Shown one piece after another: positions 1-9,590 of a stretch of DNA of 64,000 bases. The position numbers and the translations under genes are program-made. The stretch lies in the IMG/VR virus record IMGVR_UViG_3300011260_000073, positions 1,749 through 65,748 of that record. One strand, given 5' to 3'. Every line of letters starts with the position of its first letter. The first letter of the stretch is position 1. The notes under the pieces were generated by a model that saw only the letters and a list, made by a program, of their open reading frames with translations, was not told where the DNA came from and did not search any database. The DNA comes from a virus (lineage: Duplodnaviria > Caudoviricetes).

Positions 1-1
1 G

Positions 2-190
2 GAATACTTCAAAGAACTACAAGAAACAGAAGAAGACTCTACAATACAAGGCACCTTTGTCCGTATAGGCGAAGACAATACTGATATAGAAGAAGACTAC
101 ATAGGTGATTGGTCTGGAGACCTAGCAGTAGAAAGACATATTAGGGTAGATTTTAATATTACAGACGGAGTATCCCTCGATGGCAGTTGA
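2..190 (+). CDS. 3' part of a hypothetical phage protein (truncated by window edge)
   Basis: Open frame from base 2 to TGA at 188-190: EYFKELQE...FVRIGEDNTDIEEDYIG...; stop overlaps the start of the vWA gene. Confidence 0.6.
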   Translation, partial: EYFKELQETEEDSTIQGTFVRIGEDNTDIEEDYIGDWSGDLAVERHIRVDFNITDGVSLDGS

Positions 191-1286
191 ACCAATTATT
201 AAGGCACGTACGCAGCTGCTACTCAGCCAACCGTTCTTCGGAGCTTTGGCACTACGGCTAAAGATGGAGCCGAACGATACAATTAAGACACTTGATGTAG
301 ACGGCAAGACTATGCGTTACAACCCTGAGTTCGTAGCCTCGCTTCCAATGAACGTACTTATCTCTGCTGTTGCGCACGAAGTATGTCACTGCATGCTCAT
401 GCACCATCTGCGAAGAAATCATCGTGAGCCCGAGAAGTGGAACATCGCCTGCGACTTCGCAGTCAACAACATCCTGAAAGCCGCTGGCTTCACCGTGGGG
501 GATAGTTGGTATCAAAGCGATGAGATAGGCGAGGCTTCCGCTGACCATGTCTACACGATGCTACCGGACATGCCAGGAATAAGCGCATACGACCAAGCCT
601 CTGCCCCCGGCGATGTACTGGACGGTGTAGACCCAAGCAACGAAGCAGAAGTGCGTCGTGAAGAGGCTGAGTGGAAGGTAGCCATCTCTCAGTCGGCTAA
701 TGCTGCAAAGATGATGGGTAAGCTACCAGCGAACTTACAGCGCCTTGTAGGCGAGCTGGTTGATAGCAAGGTCTGCTGGAAGTCGATACTGCGCGAGTTC
801 GTAAAAGCTACCTCTGCTGACGACTACACATGGTCGCGCCCTAACCGTCGCTTCATTGGTCAGGGCATGTACTTCCCTTCCTTATATAACGAATCAATCG
901 GTGAGATAGTCGTAGCCGTAGACACCTCTGGCAGTGTGACCGCCGATGAGATGAATCAGTTCGCCTCAGAAATTACAGCCATCATGGAAGACGTGTCTCC
1001 GTCAACAGTACATGTTGTGTATTGCGACACCCAGATAGCGCACACGGAGTCTTTCACCAAGGATGACATGCCGCTGCAACTCAATGCCAAGGGCGGTGGT
1101 GGTACGGACTTCAGACCACCGTTCGAATGGGTAGAAGAACAAGGCATCGACCCCGCGTGCTTTATCTACCTGACAGACATGTGCTGCCGTAGTTTTCCTG
1201 AACCACCCGCCTACCCTACTCTCTGGATAGACACCTCCGGACATAGTACAGCGCCGTTCGGCCAAGTAGTAGAGATGACTTTATGA
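180..1286 (+). CDS. DUF2201-like putative metallopeptidase with C-terminal vWA domain (MoxR partner)
   Basis: HExxH (AHEVCH), WNIACD motif, MIDAS DTSGS, GGGGTDFRPPF and YLTD motifs. Confidence 0.9.
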   Translation: MAVEPIIKARTQLLLSQPFFGALALRLKMEPNDTIKTLDVDGKTMRYNPEFVASLPMNVLISAVAHEVCHCMLMHHLRRNHREPEKWNIACDFAVNNILKAAGFTVGDSWYQSDEIGEASADHVYTMLPDMPGISAYDQASAPGDVLDGVDPSNEAEVRREEAEWKVAISQSANAAKMMGKLPANLQRLVGELVDSKVCWKSILREFVKATSADDYTWSRPNRRFIGQGMYFPSLYNESIGEIVVAVDTSGSVTADEMNQFASEITAIMEDVSPSTVHVVYCDTQIAHTESFTKDDMPLQLNAKGGGGTDFRPPFEWVEEQGIDPACFIYLTDMCCRSFPEPPAYPTLWIDTSGHSTAPFGQVVEMTL

Positions 1287-1403
1287 AGGTACCATTCGAA
1301 TATATCTTACATGGCCTATCACTAGTAGTACGCGTAGCGGAACTAATTATTGGGCGTAAGCCGACACCAAAACGTAAGTACCCAAGAAAACCGAGGAAGT
1401 AAA

Positions 1404-1583
1404 ATGAGCAAGGACAAAACCTGGAAATTTACTGAAGCCCAAAGAAGTATTGTCTCTGAGGGTAAACTATGCCCCGCTTGTTTAGGAACAGATATAGAAT
1501 GTACTGGGTGTAATCCCGACGGGCTGCGTATGAACTACGGATACAGATGTAAAACGTGCAATGAAACTTGGGAAGGCTATTAG
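1404..1583 (+). CDS. small zinc-ribbon protein
   Basis: CPAC...CKTC; GAGG SD upstream of ATG 1404 (track ORF starts at 1350). Confidence 0.6.
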   Translation: MSKDKTWKFTEAQRSIVSEGKLCPACLGTDIECTGCNPDGLRMNYGYRCKTCNETWEGY

Positions 1584-1586
1584 AAA

Positions 1587-2021
1587 GTGAGTGGCTTTTT
1601 GTTACAGATGCACGAGGACTATGACCCCCTCATGCGGTTGATTAGGGAGTACTACAGACAAAACACTGAGCCAGGGAATTGCTGGTTCGAGTACGGTAGC
1701 GCAGATTCTAGTGATATAGAAGAATTCCTAACAGAGAACGAAATCCCCTTCACTATTGAAGAAGACAGTGATGACATGGAGTCAGTGGTATATATAACTC
1801 GCTTCTACGCGGCTGAACATAAAAACAATACGGACTACAGCTACCGAACAGCCCATGATGAATTAGTTGGACTTCTTAACGACCCCCAAGATAAGAAGCT
1901 ATACGCTCAGCTGCAAGACAAATACAACCCATCAGAATTTCCGCAAAACATAAAACCTACCAAAGAACAGATTGCAAAAGTTGCGTACTACGTACTCGTT
2001 GGCGTACAGGGTAAGCTATAG
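1587..2021 (+). CDS. hypothetical protein, last gene of the plus-strand arm
   Basis: 144-aa ORF whose stop overlaps the convergent holin stop. Confidence 0.6.
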   Translation: MSGFLLQMHEDYDPLMRLIREYYRQNTEPGNCWFEYGSADSSDIEEFLTENEIPFTIEEDSDDMESVVYITRFYAAEHKNNTDYSYRTAHDELVGLLNDPQDKKLYAQLQDKYNPSEFPQNIKPTKEQIAKVAYYVLVGVQGKL

Positions 2022-2483
2022 CTCGTCAGGGTTTACCCAGTCGCTCTCAGGCTTAGTTTTCTTCCTGCTCTTCTTATAGACTTTGAATATCGCGGGGATG
2101 TCCTTAAACAACATGCGTGAACCAAACCAGAACGTAATAACTGTCCAGACTATGTTCATCATGATTGGGTCGACGGTATTAACTGGTGGTAGTTTCCAGA
2201 ACCCCATCAGCCCTCCAATCACCCAGTAGGTCACCGTGGGGCGCACCATGCGGTTCAGACCATCTGTAAGGATGTCGAACCAACTCTCGTGGTAAGGCAA
2301 CACCATCTCTCTAGCCGACTTCTGGCTCGCATCTCCGACCTGCTGGTCTTCTACACTTTGTTCATGCAACGTAGCATCACTCGGATACCACTTATCTACA
2401 GCATCAGAGACATCTCCTACAATACCTTTACCATTGCTAGTCGAACCAAATAACGTAGTAGCTAAAGCTGTAAGCCATCTCAT
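2016..2483 (-). CDS. holin (3TM / gene-transfer-agent-type holin family)
   Basis: DGLNRMVRPTVTY and VITFWFGSR motifs, hydrophobic segments, basic C-terminus, beside the endolysin. Confidence 0.75.
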   Translation of the reverse strand: MRWLTALATTLFGSTSNGKGIVGDVSDAVDKWYPSDATLHEQSVEDQQVGDASQKSAREMVLPYHESWFDILTDGLNRMVRPTVTYWVIGGLMGFWKLPPVNTVDPIMMNIVWTVITFWFGSRMLFKDIPAIFKVYKKSRKKTKPESDWVNPDEL

Positions 2484-2498
2484 GACGACACTCCTTGT

Positions 2499-2669
2499 CT
2501 ATCGTAGTTTCTTCAGTGTTTGCGCAAAGCGTGCGCGTTGACCTAACTTACCCGGCTTCTTAGCCGCTGCAGTTAGTTTCTTGGCAGGAATAGTTTTACC
2601 TGACTTAATACCCAGCGACTTGCGCAGAGCACCTGGTTTCTTAATAGCTTTCTTAATGTTCAATACCAT
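2499..2669 (-). CDS. small very basic protein (56 aa, below ORF-track cutoff)
   Basis: MVLNIKKAIKKPGALRKSLGIKSGKTIPAKKLTAAAKKPGKLGQRARFAQTLKKLR*; ATG coupled to the endolysin stop (TGATG). Confidence 0.75.
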   Translation of the reverse strand: MVLNIKKAIKKPGALRKSLGIKSGKTIPAKKLTAAAKKPGKLGQRARFAQTLKKLR

Positions 2670-3016
2670 CACATAAACCCTCCATGGGTCATTGAATAAT
2701 GGTTACCGTCAGGTCTTTTGAAACGACCGCCCCAACGACATAAAGAATGCATTGACTCCCACTTTTCTCCAAGTGGTCGGTGCGCTTCCGTAGTTGTCTG
2801 GTACACACCATCTATAAACAAATTCCAATCATGCGCCAGTTTAAGTTTATGGCATGAGTTCCTATGTCCATATACTCCCTGCTCACCCATCGCACCGAAA
2901 GCTTTCTTGTTACGGTGTCCATCCCCCTCAGTAAACTCATACCCTTGCTCATGAGCCCACGCTAACCACTCAGTCTGGAGCTTAACAAACAGCCGTTGTT
3001 TATCTCCGAGTGTCAT
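2669..3016 (-). CDS. endolysin, peptidase M15 family (L-Ala-D-Glu peptidase-like)
   Basis: SCH-x6-D zinc ligands and RWGGRF..DGNHYS motif. Confidence 0.88.
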   Translation of the reverse strand: MTLGDKQRLFVKLQTEWLAWAHEQGYEFTEGDGHRNKKAFGAMGEQGVYGHRNSCHKLKLAHDWNLFIDGVYQTTTEAHRPLGEKWESMHSLCRWGGRFKRPDGNHYSMTHGGFM

Positions 3017-3420
3017 TAGAAAACTCCCATTAGTTTAAGGACAAATCCTGCTATGGTTATAACAACGGTTATAGCTGTTGTAGTTTTTACCCATTGTCGG
3101 TCAACCTTACCTTCTAACTGTCCAACCCTGGTTATAAATTCTGGTTTAGTAACAAAATCTCGTTCAATCTCGTCTCGTAAATCATCACGACACGAAGTAA
3201 CTTTATCCTGCATATCCCCAAACTTGGCATCGAACTTTTCATACAATCCGCCAATGTTAGCGTCAATTTTACTATATTGTTCTGACATTGAACTTTGGAC
3301 ATGTGACACTGTTCTACGCAAGTGGTCAACATCATGCTTTACAACTCGCCGCTCCACAAGCTCAGCTACTTCAGCTTCTGAATACAGTTTCTCTTCACTT
3401 CCGTTATTTCCCGAGCCCAT
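3016..3420 (-). CDS. coiled-coil protein with C-terminal TM helix (lysis-cassette associated)
   Basis: GGAG SD before ATG 3420; C-terminal hydrophobic TTAITVVITIAGFVLKLMGVF. Confidence 0.6.
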   Translation of the reverse strand: MGSGNNGSEEKLYSEAEVAELVERRVVKHDVDHLRRTVSHVQSSMSEQYSKIDANIGGLYEKFDAKFGDMQDKVTSCRDDLRDEIERDFVTKPEFITRVGQLEGKVDRQWVKTTTAITVVITIAGFVLKLMGVF

Positions 3421-3443
3421 AAGCATCTCCCTTTGCAGCATCC

Positions 3444-6400
3444 TTACTGCGTGAAATCCCACCGTTTATAAATATTATTAGCAGGTAACGATTCAACGAA
3501 TGCTTCCCATGCCGTGGTGTTGCTATTTTCCGTAAACAGTTTAGCGATGTCCCGCACGTGTCCAACCGTGGGGCCTGCCAATCCTGTTATACCATCGCCT
3601 CCATATTGCACGTCCTGCATTGCATCATAGCCAAGCTGGGGTATGCCATTCAACCCTGCGCGTTCTGCACTGTTGGCCACATAATCGAAGAACGTCCAGT
3701 TCTTCTTGTAATCATCTGCGTCATCACCATCGAACAGGCCTTGAAACAGAACCTCACGGAGCAGGTCTGAGGCCATCATGACCGGCACATACCCACCCAG
3801 AAGCATCATAGGGGCATAATTTCCTTCATAGAACTCAGAGAACACCCTCCTCAAGATACGGTCATGGAAGGAGTATATGAACGCCTTGAGGTGGAATAGG
3901 AGCATCCAGTGCGGGTCTGAAGCCCAAATAGGCCTCTGAGCAGCGTCAGGACGCAGAATAGCCTCGTCAACCCACCGATTTAAGGCCCCACGTACCCTCT
4001 CATCCCGTTTGAACTCAGCGGAGTCCACATCTAAGTCTTTGCGCTGTTCGTGCGTCAGGAGCTGCAGGGAGCCGTCCTTGTCGAGCTTTACGTCACTGGC
4101 AGACAGGTTCAGCTGGGTCAGGAACCGCTCACTGTGACGGCTGGTGCCCTTGGCATGGCTCTCGAGGAACGCCTTCGCCCCGGCCAGCCCCATAATACGG
4201 GTCGCCCGAGTCCAACGCTGCAGCTGGATGTACTCGAAGAACTTCTCGTTAATCTGCTTGCCCAGACCGGTCAGGTGGTGACCACCATATTCCCAGCCCA
4301 AGGCCTCGTTAGTTGCATACTGGTCGATGGTACCCAGCGCCTCGGCCATCTGGCGCAAGGCTGTCTTGTTGCCTTTTATCTTGGCCTTGATTTCATCTAC
4401 ACCAGCTTTGTATGCCTGCCAAGCTGTGTTCAGGTCACCACGCACGGCGATGCCTGCCACGTCGACCAGTGAGGTCAGCGTAGACAAGGACAGCAAGCGC
4501 AAGTTCTCGTACACCATCACGCCACCTTGGAACTTGTGCCATTTAGGGTCGATGTCAGAACCAAGCGTACCCATCATGGCTTCTATGTACTTGCGCGCCA
4601 TGCTGATATCAGAGTCGCTGGCACCTGAGGCCTTAGCCTTTTCAATCAGCTCCTCGATACCCTTGCCGTCCTTACCGAACCGTGAAGTGTACTCGGCGCG
4701 CTTAACACTCTGCTCGATGTAAGTAGTAACAGTCAGGCCAAGTTCTTTAGACAGGAACGGCGCAAGGTCAGTCGCGTGAATCCATGCCAGGTCGCGCTTG
4801 TTGATAGACCCGAAGTAAGGCGTGTGAACTGTCTTCTCAGGATTGAGCTGAACATCAGCCAGCCCTTGATTAGACAGCAGCGTTTCATAAATACGCTGCG
4901 CGGCCTTAATACGCTTTTCCTGCGTAGGCTTGAACTTGGCGTTGTTCTCAAACTCTTTAGCAAACAGGTTACTGTCGTATTTAGATTGCGCCAGTGCATC
5001 AATGAACTTGTCGTGGTTACGCTTCAACTGCTCCATGTCATAAACACGTGGGAAGTATGTAGCCTCTTTTGAAGGTGAATTTAAATCCCCAACCTCAACA
5101 CCATGCTCAACTGCGTAGTCACGCATCTCTTTAAACAGTGCGCGAACCTTGCCTACTGCTTGGCGTTCTTCTTCAGTGGCTGGCTTCTCGTTCGAATTCA
5201 ACAAGTGAACCACGCGCTCACCGAAGACTTTATCCTTAGCGGCCTTCTCGAATATGGTAGACAGGCGTTTTTTGAAACGCCCCATACGCCGGTTACGTGC
5301 GGTGAACATTGTTTCCTCGATGCCCTCAGTACCTACACGCGCATGGAACTTCTCAGCCAGCTTAATAAGGTGGGCGTTCTTCGTGGCACGTATTGCGCCA
5401 TCAGCTGTGTAGAAAACCTTACCAAGGAACGGAAGTATCGATGACGTAGTGAGCTCAGCGAAACGGGCAGACTTCCTGACCATCGTGTCACTTACTCGCT
5501 GCTCTACGACGAAGGTTGCCTCGCCATCTGCGCGCTGCTTCAAGACACCGCTACGCAGAGCCTTGAATAACTGCTCAGCTTGTTTATGTTCACGGACGAT
5601 GCCAAGCACATCAGTAACGAAGCTCACTACGCGTTCAAACAAACCTGTTGCCTTGGGGCCGAGTTTCAACTCCCCGGCAATCCAGAACTGGTACGCGTAC
5701 GCAGCAGCTGCTTCAGGGTCGTTCTTAACTTCGTACTGCGCCTCAGGGTTGCCCTCCAGTAGCTTCCGCAACTGGCGCTGCATGTGCAGGCTAGTGAACG
5801 CTGTACCGAGTATGCCACGTTCCTTAGGAGTCAGTAGGAAGTCGAACGCTGCACGTGCTGATTGATTAGCCAGTTCGTCATAAGGGTTATGGTCGAGGTT
5901 AGCCGACATGTTGATAGCACGCACGCCGTCTTTGTTGGTGTACTCGGCCGCTGCTTTTGTGCCCCGTTTGAAACGTGGGGTCAGACCTACAGCTTTCTGT
6001 ACAGCCTCAAGTAAGTCCTTCGGCAATTTATTACGCGGGGTGCTGTTAAGGTTAGCCTTGGCACGAGCAGAAACTTCCTTCGCCAGCATGTCATCGAGGA
6101 ACTGTCTTACCGCTTTATCTGGAGCGTTGGCCAATACGTTTTGTGCAAGCGACTTAATAAGGTCAGCAATATGTGAGAAGAACTGGTCGACTACACCGAC
6201 TGCTTTGGTGTTCGTTACCATCCACTTCGCTGTGTTATCAGCGAACCACTCTTCAAAATCTAACAGGTATGCACGGTCAGCATGTGACATGTCATCAAGT
6301 AGCTTGTTGCTACCTTCCTGACTCATAGCATCCATCATGATTTCCAACGGCTGCTTTGACAGGTAGATATCAGACAATGTAGCTGACCGGCCGAACTGAG

Positions 6401-9400
6401 CACGCCATTCTTCGAATGATGCACGCACGGATTTAGCATTCTTCGTACTCAGGTCAAGGACAGTCTCTTTGAATATGATATGCCCAACTTCATGCCCGAG
6501 GATTTCCAGCGCTTGCTTCTTACCAACTATCGGGCTTATGTAGATAGAATACGTGCCGTCCTTGTTGGTCTTCATGAAGCCACGGTTCGTACCATCGATT
6601 AAGCGAATAGCATCACGGCCACGGTCTTCGAAAATCTTCTTAGCCTGGTCGTAGGTCAACATGGTGATGTCTTTCTTTATACCAAGGTCAGCCAGCCACT
6701 GCGTAGCTGTCTTTTGGAACGCATCGAGGTCGCCCGGCTTTTCCTGTTCACGCATGTACTCGTCAGAAGGAGCGATGCGATTTGAGAAACGCAGGTCTGA
6801 GGGCTCAGCTAATTCCTCTTTCAGATATTCGTCTAATTTCTTTTTTCTTCTTTCACGCTGTTCAATGAACTTATATCCTGCGAGGCTTTCTGCTAACTCT
6901 ATTGCTTCCGCTGCAGTATTGATATCCGTGCCAAGACCTAAACCTGTAGCAAGACCTAGCATATCCTCCTCATAAGTTTTTGACCCTGCGTTCAGATAAT
7001 ACTCCGACTTACGCAGAAACTCCTGCGCCACGGCTTCTACCTTAGACTTCTTACCTTTTAGTATCTGCGCGCCCTCGCCACCACCGGCACCTTGGCCAGC
7101 GGCTTCCCGTTCAGCAGCAGCTTTAGGCTCGCGCTCTGCTACACGGCGAGCTTCTTTACCAGCTTCAACATCGCCCAGTACCTTCTTAATAGCCGAAGGC
7201 TTCGAGCGTTCTGAAACAACTTTTTCGCGCTTACGCACGCTGCTAAGTATATCCGATACCTTAGCATGCACTTCTTCAAGTTCAGTGCGTTGAGTCGCAT
7301 CCTTGGTAGTCTCCAGTGCAGCTTCAATAGCATCGAGGCTGCTCTTAATATTCTTCGCGCCGCTTGCTTTGATAGCACGGTACTTCACGCCACGGTCACC
7401 ACGCTTGGGCGTGTATACGACAAGGTTGTCATCGAACGATTCGAGGAACTTTATATCCTTGGCCTTCGAGCTCAGCAATGAAGTAACACCCTCGAAGAAG
7501 GCTTGGGCTATTTCCTTTCGACTGGAAGTGAAGCCAATGCCCTTGGCTTCAAGAACCTTGCGGGTAATGTCATGGGCGTTAACGTTCTTATCGACACCGT
7601 CGACACTAACCTGAAACACACCACGAGGTAGCTTGGTGCCAGGCTTGCTTGCTTTCTTCAATAATGAATTAACTTCTGATTCATCGAAGTCCACTACTTC
7701 GGCCTTCGGCTCAACACCCGGCTGCTCGATAACCTCGAGGCTATCAAGGAACTGCTTGCTGCTTTTCACGCTCTTGGCGAGTGGTTCCAACTTGGGATTA
7801 GCCTTCAAAATGCGGCGTGCTTCAACATCGAATAGTGACTTCTTGTCACTGACCGTTCCCTTGCGTGATTCCTGTTCAAGGAAGACCTCTGTGTATTTAC
7901 GAAGAGTAAACGCTTCTTCACCGGCCTGCTCGTTCAACTCACGTACGTTACGCACCTGTGAGTTCTCAACTTCGCGGCCAGCAAGTTTGCTCGATGCTTC
8001 AGATGAAACGAATGGAACGCTCTGCTCCTGGTCGCGGAACATCGTCTTCTTACCATCGGTGTCTTGCACATTAATAGACTGATACTCAGGGTCAGCTTCA
8101 CCTGTTACGAATTCTTTCTGGACTTGCGTAGCTTCACCTTCGTCAAGACCTTCTTGGTCGGCAGTTTCTTGCAGCGACTCAAACTCAGGCGTTACGCCTT
8201 CACCTACCAACTGGTTAATACGGTTCTGTACTTCTGAAGTGGCCTCAATAGTACCGGCCTCAACTCCGCGCTCAAGTTCTAACAACTCGAACTGACCACC
8301 GGTGTGCACACCAGCCTGCTCAGCGAGCTTGTCCAACATCTTGCCGGGGTCATCGAAGTTCTCTTCAAGCTGCTGTTGTATCTCTGGAGTAATTTCTATA
8401 TTACCGAGAGCTATTTCCTGCAGCGCGGGGAGCAGTTCATCTTGGAACGTTGCCTGGTCGGTAATGAAATCCTTGGCGTGTCCGCGTGCAATACGTGAAG
8501 AACGTGTGTCTGGTACATCGATGTTGCGTGACTCAGCGATGTCATTAACTTCCTGCAGCGCGCCGGGAGCAGTTAAATCTATACCTTCTAAATCAGCGGC
8601 AGCTTCTGGGTCAGCAGCAGCTACAAACTCTGCTGTGCGTTGAGCCTCACCTACATCGAGTTCGTCCTGCGACTCCAAGTCTTCAACGCGCTGCTCGAAC
8701 TTACCGGGGTCAGGGATACCACCAATACTACTAAGCGTACCGCCAACAAGACCACCGGCCACTGTAGCGTTGATTATTTCGTTGATGCCCTCCTCACCGA
8801 AGACCTCGAAGTTCTCATTAGCAAATTTATGCGTAGCGCGCTCGATGACAGTCTGCACACCTTCGGTCAGACCTTCACGGCCAGTACCTGCGGCGGCTTC
8901 TTCAAGCATACGGCGAGAGATGCCCTTTTTCTTCAGAGCTTTCTTTATTGCGCTACGGCCAGCTTTGCCAACACCGAACTTATCAAATACGTGCATAGGC
9001 TGTATAGCTTCAAGTGAGCCGGCAGCAGTACCACCAACTACAGCTTGGCCAGCCAGTTCCTGTAAAGAGTATTTCTCTCTGGCTTCAGGGTCAGCGGCAG
9101 TCTCTGGAAATATGGAACCAGTCTCCAGTGCTGACGCACCACCAATAGTACCCGTGGTGCTACCAATCTTACCGGCACGTTCGACAGCTTCAGGCGCTAC
9201 TGCTGCCATACGCTTACGCCCACCGCGTCCAAGCACGCGGCCTACCCGATGTGTTGCTAACAACGTAGCAATATTAGGTAGCTGCGAAACAACCGTGTTG
9301 CGAGTAAACGCTAACGCTGAAGGAACGTCTTTAACCTGTTCAAGAGTCTGTACCTCAGGTGCTTCTTCAGCTGCACGTTGAGATAGTTTTTCTGCTTCAG

Positions 9401-9587
9401 CCAGTTGCTCTTCAGCAAACTCTTCTTGGCCAACCAACGCACCACCAGCTGCGGCCGCGCCACTAAGAGATGCGCGCAAATTAAGCACGCCCTGACGAAA
9501 AGCTTTGCTCGTCTCCGAGCGCTTTACAAGGTTCTTATCTACAGACCCTTTAAGGGCTTCTTCATCTTCATCACGTAAAAAAGCCAT
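3444..9587 (-). CDS. large internal virion / DNA-ejection protein (2047 aa) with zincin-like motif
   Basis: Size and position at the end of a podovirus structural operon; Ala/Gly-rich N-terminus with EGLTEGVQ motif; GHEVGH plus downstream FEEWFAD. Confidence 0.7.
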   Translation of the reverse strand: MAFLRDEDEEALKGSVDKNLVKRSETSKAFRQGVLNLRASLSGAAAAGGALVGQEEFAEEQLAEAEKLSQRAAEEAPEVQTLEQVKDVPSALAFTRNTVVSQLPNIATLLATHRVGRVLGRGGRKRMAAVAPEAVERAGKIGSTTGTIGGASALETGSIFPETAADPEAREKYSLQELAGQAVVGGTAAGSLEAIQPMHVFDKFGVGKAGRSAIKKALKKKGISRRMLEEAAAGTGREGLTEGVQTVIERATHKFANENFEVFGEEGINEIINATVAGGLVGGTLSSIGGIPDPGKFEQRVEDLESQDELDVGEAQRTAEFVAAADPEAAADLEGIDLTAPGALQEVNDIAESRNIDVPDTRSSRIARGHAKDFITDQATFQDELLPALQEIALGNIEITPEIQQQLEENFDDPGKMLDKLAEQAGVHTGGQFELLELERGVEAGTIEATSEVQNRINQLVGEGVTPEFESLQETADQEGLDEGEATQVQKEFVTGEADPEYQSINVQDTDGKKTMFRDQEQSVPFVSSEASSKLAGREVENSQVRNVRELNEQAGEEAFTLRKYTEVFLEQESRKGTVSDKKSLFDVEARRILKANPKLEPLAKSVKSSKQFLDSLEVIEQPGVEPKAEVVDFDESEVNSLLKKASKPGTKLPRGVFQVSVDGVDKNVNAHDITRKVLEAKGIGFTSSRKEIAQAFFEGVTSLLSSKAKDIKFLESFDDNLVVYTPKRGDRGVKYRAIKASGAKNIKSSLDAIEAALETTKDATQRTELEEVHAKVSDILSSVRKREKVVSERSKPSAIKKVLGDVEAGKEARRVAEREPKAAAEREAAGQGAGGGEGAQILKGKKSKVEAVAQEFLRKSEYYLNAGSKTYEEDMLGLATGLGLGTDINTAAEAIELAESLAGYKFIEQRERRKKKLDEYLKEELAEPSDLRFSNRIAPSDEYMREQEKPGDLDAFQKTATQWLADLGIKKDITMLTYDQAKKIFEDRGRDAIRLIDGTNRGFMKTNKDGTYSIYISPIVGKKQALEILGHEVGHIIFKETVLDLSTKNAKSVRASFEEWRAQFGRSATLSDIYLSKQPLEIMMDAMSQEGSNKLLDDMSHADRAYLLDFEEWFADNTAKWMVTNTKAVGVVDQFFSHIADLIKSLAQNVLANAPDKAVRQFLDDMLAKEVSARAKANLNSTPRNKLPKDLLEAVQKAVGLTPRFKRGTKAAAEYTNKDGVRAINMSANLDHNPYDELANQSARAAFDFLLTPKERGILGTAFTSLHMQRQLRKLLEGNPEAQYEVKNDPEAAAAYAYQFWIAGELKLGPKATGLFERVVSFVTDVLGIVREHKQAEQLFKALRSGVLKQRADGEATFVVEQRVSDTMVRKSARFAELTTSSILPFLGKVFYTADGAIRATKNAHLIKLAEKFHARVGTEGIEETMFTARNRRMGRFKKRLSTIFEKAAKDKVFGERVVHLLNSNEKPATEEERQAVGKVRALFKEMRDYAVEHGVEVGDLNSPSKEATYFPRVYDMEQLKRNHDKFIDALAQSKYDSNLFAKEFENNAKFKPTQEKRIKAAQRIYETLLSNQGLADVQLNPEKTVHTPYFGSINKRDLAWIHATDLAPFLSKELGLTVTTYIEQSVKRAEYTSRFGKDGKGIEELIEKAKASGASDSDISMARKYIEAMMGTLGSDIDPKWHKFQGGVMVYENLRLLSLSTLTSLVDVAGIAVRGDLNTAWQAYKAGVDEIKAKIKGNKTALRQMAEALGTIDQYATNEALGWEYGGHHLTGLGKQINEKFFEYIQLQRWTRATRIMGLAGAKAFLESHAKGTSRHSERFLTQLNLSASDVKLDKDGSLQLLTHEQRKDLDVDSAEFKRDERVRGALNRWVDEAILRPDAAQRPIWASDPHWMLLFHLKAFIYSFHDRILRRVFSEFYEGNYAPMMLLGGYVPVMMASDLLREVLFQGLFDGDDADDYKKNWTFFDYVANSAERAGLNGIPQLGYDAMQDVQYGGDGITGLAGPTVGHVRDIAKLFTENSNTTAWEAFVESLPANNIYKRWDFTQ

Positions 9588-9590
9588 AGC

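Noticed and set aside
3444-9587. N4-type virion RNA polymerase or tape measure protein
   Set aside because: Much shorter than N4 vRNAP with no recognisable polymerase motifs; no tail tube or tail chaperone genes to support a tape measure
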